Shown here: in pieces, positions 48,277 to 58,600 of the stretch | Layout of the letters: each line of letters opens with the position of its first letter | How positions within the stretch are numbered: the first letter of the stretch is position 1 | IMG/VR virus record: IMGVR_UViG_3300047160_024814 | Coordinates: 1 to 64,000 of that record | Length of the DNA: 64,000 nt | Strand: one strand, 5' to 3' | DNA from: a virus | Taxonomy: Duplodnaviria > Caudoviricetes | Made by a program: the position numbers and the translations under genes | Notes under the pieces: generated by a model | Told to the model about the DNA's origin: nothing | The model's database searches: none | Seen by the model: the letters and a program-made list of their open reading frames with translations, nothing else

Positions 48277-49850
48277 TCGATTGTGAATGGCACCTCTACG
48301 GCAAGGCCGGTGATGATACGATCTGCCTGCAATTCCCGTCCTGGCAGATGGTCATCGACCGGGTGGTGCCATTCGCTCACTCCCGCGTACCCGACTATCA
48401 GCTCGCTATTCTTCGCCATGAAATTGCTCTCGCCCGGCCCAACATGGTCTGGCTGCTCTACTGTGACGACAATTGTGTATTCAGGCTGAGACCCGTCAGG
48501 AAACATACACCGATGGAATTTCAGACAATCATCCAGAACAATGTCGAGGAAGATGCCCCGGAACACGCGCCATGCGGGGCCTCGTCAGCCTATCGCTGGA
48601 TGCCCTGTCCCGGCTCGATCCGCCTGATCGAAGACCTGAAAGAGCACCAACCACATCTGCTACCTGGTCCGTCCTATTTTGCCATGGACGGTTCGATCGC
48701 CCACAAACTCGCACAACTCGCACTGGAATCAGGTCAGGACGCAATCGTTTACATCGATCGTCAATTGCATCTCCATAACCGTCAGACCGGCGAGATCACC
48801 TACTCGCAGCATGTCAACGAGGACATGGCGGTGGCCGTGCAAGTCTGGTTGGACGAATGCCGCCAGCACCGCCATTTGATCTACCAGATCGAATCCCGCC
48901 TTTCGATGCGCAAACTCAACCCACCCGTCAATATGTACGGCACGGCGGATTTTTGGGCACTCGATATCCCCAATCGCACAATCTACATCTATGACTACAA
49001 GCATGGCCGTGGTGTCACGATCTATGCGGAGGACAACCCGCAGGCCAAGTATTATGCCGTGCTGGTGCTGGCCAATCTGCCGGAAGAAATCCCCTTCCCC
49101 GAACATGTGGTCATTAAGATTGTACAGCCTCGTGGCCAGGGCGAAAATCCAATCAAGTCGGTGACTTACAAGGCGAAGGATCTGTTGATCTGGGCGCGCG
49201 ACGAGTTATTGCCTGCTGCCGCTCGCACGCAGGACCCGGAAGCGCCTTTCGTGGCCGGTGATCATTGTCGTTTCTGCCCGGCCAAAGGCGTCTGTGCCGC
49301 CGCTGCCCGCTTCTCCATCGAACAGGCGGGCGTTATCGATTTCGACCCCGATACGGAAAACCTGCCTGCCGTGATGGAAAAACGGCTGCTCGATCCAATT
49401 TCGATTCCAGTAGCAGATCTCGCCCGCGCTCGCCTGTATTTCGACTACGTCCGCGATTGGATGCGACGCGTCGATGACGTGTTGAAAACCTACATCATGA
49501 ACGGTCACGACGTGACATTGTGGGATCTAGAGCATAAAGAGGGCAAACGGAGATGGATCAATGAGGATAAGACAGTTGACGTCTTGAAATCACTTGGCTG
49601 CAATGAAGATATGCTCTATACAAAGAAAATGCTGTCGCCGAAAACTGCAGAAGATTTGCTGTACCGGCAGCTGCGTGAATTGAAAACCCCGGCGAAAATG
49701 GCTCAGGCTTTGGCATCGAGAACCGTCAACGATCTGGCCACCCGCCCCGAGATTGCTCCCGGTCTGGTACCGAAGGGCAGTAAGCATCCTGTCCTGCCAA
49801 GAGGCCAGGATACATTCGACGCCGACAGCTTGGAGAATGTTGAACTCTAG
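48273..49850 (+). CDS. DUF2800 family PD-(D/E)XK (Cas4-like) exonuclease
   Basis: HAPCGASSAYRWMPCPGS, YGTADF, DYKHGRG, NPQAKYY, GDHCRFCPA. About 80-aa N-terminal extension. Confidence 0.85.
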   Translation: MIDCEWHLYGKAGDDTICLQFPSWQMVIDRVVPFAHSRVPDYQLAILRHEIALARPNMVWLLYCDDNCVFRLRPVRKHTPMEFQTIIQNNVEEDAPEHAPCGASSAYRWMPCPGSIRLIEDLKEHQPHLLPGPSYFAMDGSIAHKLAQLALESGQDAIVYIDRQLHLHNRQTGEITYSQHVNEDMAVAVQVWLDECRQHRHLIYQIESRLSMRKLNPPVNMYGTADFWALDIPNRTIYIYDYKHGRGVTIYAEDNPQAKYYAVLVLANLPEEIPFPEHVVIKIVQPRGQGENPIKSVTYKAKDLLIWARDELLPAAARTQDPEAPFVAGDHCRFCPAKGVCAAAARFSIEQAGVIDFDPDTENLPAVMEKRLLDPISIPVADLARARLYFDYVRDWMRRVDDVLKTYIMNGHDVTLWDLEHKEGKRRWINEDKTVDVLKSLGCNEDMLYTKKMLSPKTAEDLLYRQLRELKTPAKMAQALASRTVNDLATRPEIAPGLVPKGSKHPVLPRGQDTFDADSLENVEL

Positions 49851-49891
49851 AAATCGAGAAATCGAGAACGCAAAGAAAGGACGAAACAACG

Positions 49892-50716
49892 ATGGCATTC
49901 CGTTTAGATCTGGTGAATCTGTCCTATCCACATCTGTACGTACCACAAGCTTTCCGGGGTAATCGTGGCCCGGGAGGTCCGATTCAGATGGAGGATGGCA
50001 GCAACAAGCTACGCTACAAGGCCGAACTCCGCATTCCCTACACCGCGCAGGGCAGTCCTTTCTACCTGAAGGACCCGCCGGCCGCGATGCAGCTCACGCA
50101 ACAGCGCGACGCGCTGATGCAGGAATGCATGAATATCCTGGTCGCCAATATGCATATGACCGACTTGCAGGTGATGCAGGAGATCAAGGTCGGCCGAATC
50201 TTGTGGCCCTTCCACAGTACCCAGGCTCTGGCAAACACCCGAGCGGACGGTACCGAGATCTGTGATTCGCAGAAATGGGAGTGGTATATTCGCACGTCGA
50301 CCGAGACCAAGCCTGAATGCTACGACCGCTATCCAGCCAACCCGCCACAGCGTAACGCTCAGGGCAAGCCGATGCCGGCCCTGCTCGCGCAGCCACGCAA
50401 CGACAGACTCTATGGCGGCTGTATCGTGAAGGCCTTCGTCAACCCTGCCTGGAACAAGTTCCGGCCGGGCGTGTCGATCTTCCTCAACACGATCCAGCAC
50501 TGGGCGGATGACGACCGGATCGATGGACGCATTCCAGCGTCCGAAGTCTGGGAAGCGGATGAAAACCCGCCTGCCGACATGGTCGTTGATCCAGGCCAGC
50601 CGACACCGCGCAGCGCGATCGATACCGGCGTAGCGGTCAATCAGTCAACGGTCGGTCAGACTTTGGCTGGTGTGTTCAGCAGCGGCTTGCCACCGCCGCG
50701 GCGCCCCGCCGCCTAA
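49892..50716 (+). CDS. DUF2815 family ssDNA-binding protein
   Basis: LSYPHLYVP, LYGGCIVKAFVN, GVSIFLNTIQ, acidic C-terminal part; typical neighbour of DUF2800 and PolA. Confidence 0.75.
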   Translation: MAFRLDLVNLSYPHLYVPQAFRGNRGPGGPIQMEDGSNKLRYKAELRIPYTAQGSPFYLKDPPAAMQLTQQRDALMQECMNILVANMHMTDLQVMQEIKVGRILWPFHSTQALANTRADGTEICDSQKWEWYIRTSTETKPECYDRYPANPPQRNAQGKPMPALLAQPRNDRLYGGCIVKAFVNPAWNKFRPGVSIFLNTIQHWADDDRIDGRIPASEVWEADENPPADMVVDPGQPTPRSAIDTGVAVNQSTVGQTLAGVFSSGLPPPRRPAA

Positions 50717-50800
50717 TCCGTCAGGTTCGCGACACATCGGTCAAACGGTGTGTCGCACCCGACCGAGCAAAACCGACTGATCGAGCAAAACCGACTGATC

Positions 50801-50989
50801 TCAAGGCAGGCCCCGTATCATGCCTGTCATTGGCAAAAACCACCCCAGCAAGACCAGCACAATAATCAACAGCAGGACTAGCTGAGCGATCACCCCGAAC
50901 GGATGCGGCAACGGCAGCAGGGTGATGATGTACCAAGCAATCCCGGCAATGATAATCAGAACTAGTAAGCTGATCAGCAGGCTTATCAT
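50801..50989 (-). CDS. small two-TM membrane protein
   Basis: MISLLISLLVLIIIAGIAWYIITLLPLPHPF. Confidence 0.65.
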   Translation of the reverse strand: MISLLISLLVLIIIAGIAWYIITLLPLPHPFGVIAQLVLLLIIVLVLLGWFLPMTGMIRGLP

Positions 50990-51103
50990 TGCGTTCTCCC
51001 AGTCTGGGGACCGGTCGTCGGCTCACCACGAGTTGACTTGCATTTCATAGTAGCATTAGAAACCAGGACTTGCCTAGCGCCTCAACCCCAGAGGGGCCAC
51101 AAG

Positions 51104-51946
51104 ATGCCGGATTCCAGCGCTGTCAGTCTCGACAAGCGCACCCGCAACATAGAATTGTGCCGGGGTTGGACTCCCCGTTCATTGGTTGCGTTTTACGAAA
51201 CGATCTATCAGGCGCAACGGTGGAAGTTCCTCGACTTCCTCTGGCCCTTCGCCATGGGGTTTTGTGACTGGCGCATCAACAAGCTGATGTTCATCGTCGG
51301 TCCCGGGGTTGGCAAATCGCAATTCCTTTCAGTGACCATACCAGCCTGGATGCTGGGTCACGATCCCGACATGACCATCCTGGGTATCTCCGGTGGAGAG
51401 GCCTTGATGCAGGGCTTCCAGTCCGCGGTGATGGAGATCATCCAGGAGAGTCCAGTCTGGCGAGACGTTTTTCCGATGATCACCCCCGACTACAAGCGCG
51501 GCTGGTCATTGATGAATGGCATGTACGTGACCGGGCGCAAATTCGGTAACCCGGATGCGTCCTACCTCGCCGCCGGCATCAGCTCGAAATTCCTGACGGG
51601 CAAGCACGCCAAGCTGCTGGTGATCGACGACATTCACAACGAGGAAAACTCGGCGACCGCGGACGCCTGTGAACGGGTCGTGCAGCAATACGCCAAGACG
51701 ATCCTGGGCCGGGCGGACCCACTGGGGGCACGGTTCATCATGGCCGGGCGCCGCTGGCACCTGGACGACATCTATGGCCAGCTGCAGGCCACCAATTCAG
51801 ACTGGGTGGTGATCGTCATCCCGCACGAGCGAAAGGGCGCCAGGACCCTGTACGCCGACATCCATGTGCCGGACGGGCTCGACTGTGTGTTCACCGATCG
51901 GCGCTGCCAGCTGCCGGACGGCTCGTTCTGTTCGGCATTCGACTGA
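51104..51946 (+). CDS. terL: terminase large subunit, N-terminal ATPase half
   Basis: Walker A GPGVGKS, PAWMLGHDP, LTGKHAKLLVIDD Walker B, RWHLDDIYG. Confidence 0.85.
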   Translation: MPDSSAVSLDKRTRNIELCRGWTPRSLVAFYETIYQAQRWKFLDFLWPFAMGFCDWRINKLMFIVGPGVGKSQFLSVTIPAWMLGHDPDMTILGISGGEALMQGFQSAVMEIIQESPVWRDVFPMITPDYKRGWSLMNGMYVTGRKFGNPDASYLAAGISSKFLTGKHAKLLVIDDIHNEENSATADACERVVQQYAKTILGRADPLGARFIMAGRRWHLDDIYGQLQATNSDWVVIVIPHERKGARTLYADIHVPDGLDCVFTDRRCQLPDGSFCSAFD

Positions 51947-52272
51947 TGGTGAAATGGCTGGTGAAACGCCGGGAAAAGCAACTCGCCAAGCTGTCCCGCC
52001 GGCAACAGATCTACACCACGGTGGCCCAGGAAGCTCTGCTGGCTGCCAGGATGATGCGGCGGCATGACGGTTTCGCTGAAGACTTCTGGATGCTCTACGA
52101 TATCAGCGGCATTCTGTTCACTCTCAGCCAGTTGGATGAAAGTCCGGAGGCACACGCCCGGCTGAACGTGTTCCTGCATCAGCTGCGCACCCTGCAGCTG
52201 CCGATCCGCGATCTCCACCCACCCAAGCCCGAGCCCGACCAACCCAGTCACATCCGATTGGTCAAATCCTGA
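51946..52272 (+). CDS. hypothetical protein lying between the terminase halves
   Basis: 108 aa, TGATG overlaps at both ends. Confidence 0.65.
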   Translation: MVKWLVKRREKQLAKLSRRQQIYTTVAQEALLAARMMRRHDGFAEDFWMLYDISGILFTLSQLDESPEAHARLNVFLHQLRTLQLPIRDLHPPKPEPDQPSHIRLVKS

Positions 52273-53375
52273 TGCCCCAGGTTCGCTGGAGCTATGGTCA
52301 GGACCCTTCTGGACTCGGTTTTTTCTGCCCCCAATTACCGCAGAAACAGCGGGACTATTTCGCCCTGAAACTGCTGCGGCCGGCAGAAGCCGAGACCGTC
52401 TATCAATGCCGTCCCGGCGCCCGCATCGGCTCGATCTTCGTCCAGGCGGACTTCCGATACTTCGACCCGCCGCAAGGCCTGGAATATGGGATGGCGTCCC
52501 GCTACGTCCTCGCCTGGGTCAGGCAGCAGACCGGCTGGGTCGTCCAGGCCTGGGACACGGCACTCTCGGCGTCGAGCGACGCTGACTGGTCGGTCGGTGT
52601 CACCGGCCTGCTGGTGCCCTGTCAGCAGTTCCATCGTGACGTGGACGCAGCGATTCTTGGTGAGTGCGACCCCCACTACGATGTGTACATTCTCGACATC
52701 CTGCGCGACCGGCTGGATATCGGCGACCTGGCCAATGCCATGCGGTCCTATTCGCTGAAATGGGCACCCGAGAAAATTCTTATCGAAAAACGTGCTCACG
52801 GGTCCGCCGCCATTCAGGCCCTCTATAATTCCGGCCTTCCGGTCGAAGGTGTCGAGACCCATGAATCAAAGCGCGATCGGGCCATCAACGGTGGCTCCGG
52901 TGCCGGCTCCGCTCAAGGCTGGTACCGCTCCGGCCGGGTCCAGCATCCAAAGCCTGACGCGATCAAGCTGCCATGGGTCCTGCCCATGGAACGTGAGCTG
53001 AAGGACTTCACGGGCGAGCGCGGCGGTGTGGATGACCAGACCGATGCAATCGTGCACCTGATCAATCATGCGATCGTCGAGGGCTCAAGCTCGCTGGTCT
53101 TCCCGAGCGGCTGGGGATCGATTGCTGATGTCGACCGGAATATGCGCTACGACCCCGCCGCGCCGTTCATAGAAATGGACCGGACGCCTGTGGAGAAGTT
53201 GGTGGAAGACGGGCTAGTCCTCGATCCGTTCGCGTATAACTGCGGGCGCTGCATGTCCTTCTATGAAGACAAGCGGCCGACCTGCCAGTTCCATCAGCGG
53301 ATGGTCTCAGCACTGCATCCGGCCTGCGAAGCCTTCGACGATGGGTCCACCCTCACAAGCTTCCCGAGGTTCTGA
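52272..53375 (+). CDS. terL: terminase large subunit, C-terminal RNase H-like nuclease half
   Basis: YQCRP, VQAWDTA, DWSVGVT, ILIEKRAHG, DDQTDAI; Cys-rich tail. Confidence 0.85.
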   Translation: MPQVRWSYGQDPSGLGFFCPQLPQKQRDYFALKLLRPAEAETVYQCRPGARIGSIFVQADFRYFDPPQGLEYGMASRYVLAWVRQQTGWVVQAWDTALSASSDADWSVGVTGLLVPCQQFHRDVDAAILGECDPHYDVYILDILRDRLDIGDLANAMRSYSLKWAPEKILIEKRAHGSAAIQALYNSGLPVEGVETHESKRDRAINGGSGAGSAQGWYRSGRVQHPKPDAIKLPWVLPMERELKDFTGERGGVDDQTDAIVHLINHAIVEGSSSLVFPSGWGSIADVDRNMRYDPAAPFIEMDRTPVEKLVEDGLVLDPFAYNCGRCMSFYEDKRPTCQFHQRMVSALHPACEAFDDGSTLTSFPRF

Positions 53376-55114
53376 TGGATGCGTTCACCACGCCGTACAA
53401 TCCGAATGATGGCGAAGCCGGCGGCTTCCCAGTCTATCCGCATGTCTTCGACGTCGAGACCTATGCCAATTTCTTTTTGCAGAATACGCCTACGCAGTTC
53501 GAGACGTGGTGCAACAGCCAGGCGCTGGAGATCAACAGCCAGAAATCGAATGCCCTGGCAGCAAACGCGCTCTCCAAGGCGATTACCTTGCCACCGGAGA
53601 TGCAGTCATTTGCCCGCTTCTCGCTGCTACCGGAAACTTACAATGGCGGCGTAGTCCAATGGCCCGGCATCCCGCCGGAAGCACTGCGCAAAACGATCCG
53701 CGACAATATCGCGCCACAGCTGATCGTCAATCAGCGGGTGGACGACGTGCTGAAATACAGCGAATTGTCGACCCATCCCTGGAAACCGGGTTGGCTGGTC
53801 AAATCCCGCGATCGATGGTTGCCGGAAACAGAACATGACAGCAAAGCCAACAACGACGACATCGCGGAGGCTCAGCGGTTTTTAGAAAACTGTGCCTTTG
53901 ATAAACTAACGGCACGGGAACGCGACGCGCATAATATCGACGATTTCGCCACGTTTCTCGCCAAACTGGTACGTGATTCACTGACCTATGATGGGATGGC
54001 GGTCTGGACCGACATGGACATGTCGGGCCGGGTCAAGGCCTTCAAGGCGATGTCGTCCTACAACATCCGGCTCTGTCTGCCGCAGGGCTACATGGGTGAT
54101 CCGAAATTGTTTGCAGTCGGCGTGGATGAGGCCGGCAACGTCATCCATAGATTCACTCGCGATCAACTGGTGTTCTATCACCGCAACCCACGGCCCGATG
54201 TCGATATTTCCGGCTACGGTTATCCAGAAATCGAGATGACCCTCCGGCTGATCCAAGGCTGGCAGAACATCATCGACATGAATTGCGACGTGTTCACCCG
54301 TAACGCCACGCCGCATGGCATGCTGCTGGTGAAAGGCGGCATGACCCAGAAGCAACTGGATATTCTCAGCCGCATCTGGATCAACATGAAACGCGGCATT
54401 ACCAAAAGCTGGGCGCTGCCCGCGGTGCCGGTGCCGAAAGATGGTGATATCAGCCTGCTCGACCTTACCCGGCTGAAGGAAGGCGCCGACGTTCTTTATG
54501 GTGACTGGCTGAACATGCTGGCTGGCATGTTCTGCGCGATGTACCGCTTTCCAGTGCGCCGGCTTGGTTATCACATCTCAGGCCGGGCGAAGGACAACAC
54601 GCCGCCGGAAACCCCGACGACCACAGCTCCCGGAATTGAAGATTACGATCCCTATATCTCGGTGCTGTTGCGGCATATCGAACAGCTGATCAACGATTAC
54701 ATCGTTTGGACCCGCTGGCCGCATCTGAAATTCGAGTTCTCGGCGAAAAATCCCAAGGAAGACGCCCGCGCCTATGAGTCCCGGGTACTGGCCTGCACGG
54801 TCGATGAGCGCCGGGCTCTGTCGGACATGGCACCCTTGGAAACTCTCGGCAAAGAAGAGGACGAGAAACGCGCTTACCGGCTGTTGGGCATGGCCCCGGT
54901 CGATCCAGCCATGGCGGGCGTTTATCAAACGATCATCCAAGGCCTGCAGCAGCAGAAGATGGCGGAGGATGGTCTGGTCGGACAGGGATCGGCCTCGCCA
55001 CCCAAGACACCTGGTGCAAGTTTCACGTCGAAGAAAGATCCTGCCCGTGCCGAAGACCATGGCCACATGTCGGGCGTGCGACGCGACAGTGCGGCGGAAA
55101 GTGCACGAAAATGA
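53375..55114 (+). CDS. portal protein
   Basis: Follows TerL; LVRDSLTYD, GYGYPEIE, FTRNATPHGML, IEQLIND. Confidence 0.85.
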   Translation: MDAFTTPYNPNDGEAGGFPVYPHVFDVETYANFFLQNTPTQFETWCNSQALEINSQKSNALAANALSKAITLPPEMQSFARFSLLPETYNGGVVQWPGIPPEALRKTIRDNIAPQLIVNQRVDDVLKYSELSTHPWKPGWLVKSRDRWLPETEHDSKANNDDIAEAQRFLENCAFDKLTARERDAHNIDDFATFLAKLVRDSLTYDGMAVWTDMDMSGRVKAFKAMSSYNIRLCLPQGYMGDPKLFAVGVDEAGNVIHRFTRDQLVFYHRNPRPDVDISGYGYPEIEMTLRLIQGWQNIIDMNCDVFTRNATPHGMLLVKGGMTQKQLDILSRIWINMKRGITKSWALPAVPVPKDGDISLLDLTRLKEGADVLYGDWLNMLAGMFCAMYRFPVRRLGYHISGRAKDNTPPETPTTTAPGIEDYDPYISVLLRHIEQLINDYIVWTRWPHLKFEFSAKNPKEDARAYESRVLACTVDERRALSDMAPLETLGKEEDEKRAYRLLGMAPVDPAMAGVYQTIIQGLQQQKMAEDGLVGQGSASPPKTPGASFTSKKDPARAEDHGHMSGVRRDSAAESARK

Positions 55115-55629
55115 GCCGGTTCTGCACCGAATGCAAACAGATCCTGCCGAATACCGAGTTCTACTACTCGAACGGCATCTACATGACGAAGTGCAAAAAC
55201 TGTGTTTCCCTCAAGTACTCATTCGACAAGCGCAAACGCCGCGGCTTCAGCATCATCCCAGGGGAACCCGGTTTGCGGCGCTGTCTTGGCAAGTGCGGCC
55301 GAATCCTGCCCGCCGAGCACTTTGCCCTGCGCAACCAGAAAGACCGAAAAAACCAAGAAACCCGTCAAACCAGGTGCAGGGCATGTTTTCGGGAAACTTA
55401 TGATTCTGGCGCAAAAGAACGCATCCCTTATTCACCAGACGGTTTCCGGGTCTGCGATGTCTGTCATCGTGATAAGCCCCGCCACTTGTACTGGCCGCAT
55501 CGCCATGTCTGTATGGAATGCCAGACACTGGCACAGAGCGTCAGAAACCACGGTGAAATGATAACGGTTCATGAGGCTGTCGTGCGCGTCCGCAATGAAA
55601 CCCGCGCCAGAAGGTTTGCGTCTATCTGA
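55111..55629 (+). CDS. multi-CxxC zinc-binding protein
   Basis: Three repeated CxxC..F(Y)..CxxC modules. Confidence 0.65.
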   Translation: MSRFCTECKQILPNTEFYYSNGIYMTKCKNCVSLKYSFDKRKRRGFSIIPGEPGLRRCLGKCGRILPAEHFALRNQKDRKNQETRQTRCRACFRETYDSGAKERIPYSPDGFRVCDVCHRDKPRHLYWPHRHVCMECQTLAQSVRNHGEMITVHEAVVRVRNETRARRFASI

Positions 55630-55649
55630 CAACAGAGGTCACTCCCCAG

Positions 55650-58600
55650 ATGATCCGCCGTTCTTTTCTCACGACACCACCCAAGATCCTGTTTCAGAAC
55701 AATGGTGAATTCGGTTCTGGTATTTATCGCATGCTGCTGCCGGCCTCCATGCTGCGGCGCCACGGGTATGTCACCGCGCAGGCGCATGGCAACCCTATCG
55801 TGCCCGATGCCTTGAGCGTGCTCGACCCGGATGCCGTGATATTTCAAATGTTTCAGACGGCACCCCAGCTGGCCCGGATCAAAGAGTACCGTAAAACACT
55901 CAAACATACATTCTTTGTTTACGAGATCGACGATCTGTTCTGGGAAGTGCCGGAATCCTCCTGGCATGCCAAGACCAATCCCTTGCTGCCCAATTCAAAA
56001 GCCAATATCCGCACCGCTGCCTGCCACTGCAATGCCATCACTGTCAGCACGCCTGAATTAGCTGAAGAGATGGTTAAGCTGACAGGCATCAAGGATGTGC
56101 GCGTGGCGCTCAATCACATCACCCAGACGATCATCAACGGAGCGCTCGCCGGCCGGCGGTCCTCCAACGCCATGCGCAGTGACCGGCCGCGCGTCGGTTG
56201 GGCCGGCGGTGTCGGGCATGAAGGTGATCTTCGTATCTTAACCGATGTCGTCAAGCAAACCCGGGATCATATCCAGTGGGTCTTCATGGGGATGGCCCCG
56301 CCAGGCGTCGAGCCGGAAAGCCTGGAAATCCATGTCGGTGTGCCATTCAACGACTATCCGGAATTCCTGGGGCGGCTCAATCTTGATATCGCGTTGGCAC
56401 CGCTGGAGGATCTCGCATTCAATCAATGCAAATCTGATCTCCGTGTATTGGAATATGCCGCCGCGGGCTTCCCGGTCATTGCCTCCAATATCGGCACCTA
56501 TCGCCATTGCCCGGTCCGTACTGTCAAAAATGACTCCGATGCATGGCTGCAGGCGATCGATGATCTGCTGAACGATCCTGACCGTGCTGCCTATGGCGAA
56601 TCACTGCATGAATGGGTCTGCAGCAAACGGCTGCTGGAACAGCATCTGCCTGATCGAGCACAAGCCTATCTGCCGAAGAACACCGAGATCTTCATTCCCA
56701 ATGTGCGTGACCGATGTGCCGGACAAGTCATGCTGGTGTCACAGGATCAGCATGCTCTCGATTTGCCGCACTATCCCGATGTGGAGACGGCCTGGAAGGC
56801 CGCACCTGGGGCCGACATCCTGTTCGTGCGGGAAGCTACTGCTCTGGACGAGTCACAAGTCGCGCGCATCATCCATGCGCTTGACCGGAATGCGTCTGCC
56901 ACACCCCTCTGTAACGACTGTGGCTATCCGCAATTGCGCAGCTTCCAGAAACTCCCGCCGACATTGGCTGTCAACATCGATACCGCTGCCATCACGTCGG
57001 AGAACACCAGCATTTCCTGCCCTTACCCGAGTGGTCCTGTCACCCTGCTCTCGGGTCTCATGCTGTCGCAATTGGGCTTGCCCGACACATCGCGATTTGG
57101 CTCTGTCGAATATGCCTTTGCGGAGTGGGGCGCCCGCGCCATGGAATCCGGCAAGACGAATATCACGGTCGCCAACACCTATGTGCATACTGACGCACCA
57201 TTGCAGCAACCGGAAGACCGCGCCCGGCGGGTGCTTGAGCATATCTGCATGTGGTCGCCGGCCTTTGCGTCCGCAGTACATGGTTATCAGGACGGCCCCG
57301 CACTCGCCGCGGTGATCGAAAATCTGGAAGTCACTTACAACAGCCTGTTTCATACATCGCCGTCCGTCGAGAACTATGACGACTGGCAGAAAGTCTTCTA
57401 CACGTTGTCTACCGCTGACCGGGAGGCCATGGAACAGGCGACCAAGTCCTGGGCCGACAAACCGCGGATCAACATCATTCTTCCCGTTTACAATCCTCCT
57501 GTGCCGCATCTGCAGGAATGCATTGATAGCGTGCTGGCACAGGTGTACCCCCACTGGCATCTTTGCATCTGTGATGACGCCTCCACCGATCCTGGCATCA
57601 TTCTCACTTTGAATGAATACCTGCGAAAACATTCGGATCGCATCAGTCTGATCATGCGTGAAAAGAATGGCCACATCTGTGCTGCCAGCAATGACGCGTT
57701 GAAACTGGCACGAGATGGCTGGTGTGTCTTTCTCGACCATGATGACACACTGACACCCCAGGCGTTGTGGTTCATCGCCCAGGAGATCAACCAGCATCCC
57801 GACACCGAGTTCATTTATACCGACAGCGACAAGATCGGCCAGGACGGCAAATACCTGGCACCCTATTTCACCCCGGACTTTTCCTACGAACTACTGTTGG
57901 CACAGAACTATGTCACGCATCTCTGCGCCTATCGCACAGCAACCGTCAAAGAGATCGGCGGCTTGCGTGAAGGGCTGGAAGGCTCGCAGGACTGGGACCT
58001 GGTGCTGCGGTATCTCGAACATACCTGCGGCAACCCACCTGATGAACGCCTGATCCGTCACATTCACCAGATCGGCTACCATTGGCGCCAATCGGAAAAC
58101 TCAACGTCCGGCAATATCATGGCTAAGCCCTACGCGTTCACGGCGGCGCGTCGAGCGGTGAGCGAGCATCTGCATCGCACCGAGCAGACCGCCTTTCTCG
58201 CACCAAATCCGGCCCTGCCGATCTTCTTGATGTCTCGCTTCCAGGTACCCCAACCGGAACCCACTGTCTCAATCATCATCCCAACATCGGACAACCCGGA
58301 ACAGCTCGATACCTGCGTCAAGAGCGTGTTGTCGAAAACCGTCTATCCGAACTACGAGATCGCGATCATCGATGGCGGTGTCAAACCCGTCATGATCCGC
58401 CACGAAAAAGTGCGGGTGATCCGCCATCATCAGATCCCCTTCAATTTTGCCGCGGTGAACAATTTTGCTGCCGAACGCAGCGCCGCCGAGTACCTCTGCT
58501 TCCTCAATGACGATACCGAAGTCATCGAGCAAGCATGGCTGATGGACATGATCGGCATGGCCCGCCGGCCTCGCGTTGGCGCGGTTGGTGCCAAGCTACT

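Noticed and set aside
50764-50799. 18-bp tandem duplication CGAGCAAAACCGACTGAT x2
   Set aside because: Only two copies at a convergent gene junction, with no further structure; probably slippage.
51940-52276. Simple insertion with a CTGATG target-site duplication in terL
   Set aside because: Removing the segment leaves GAC-TGA in frame, so precise excision does not rebuild one ORF. No group I or II intron core was recognised by eye.
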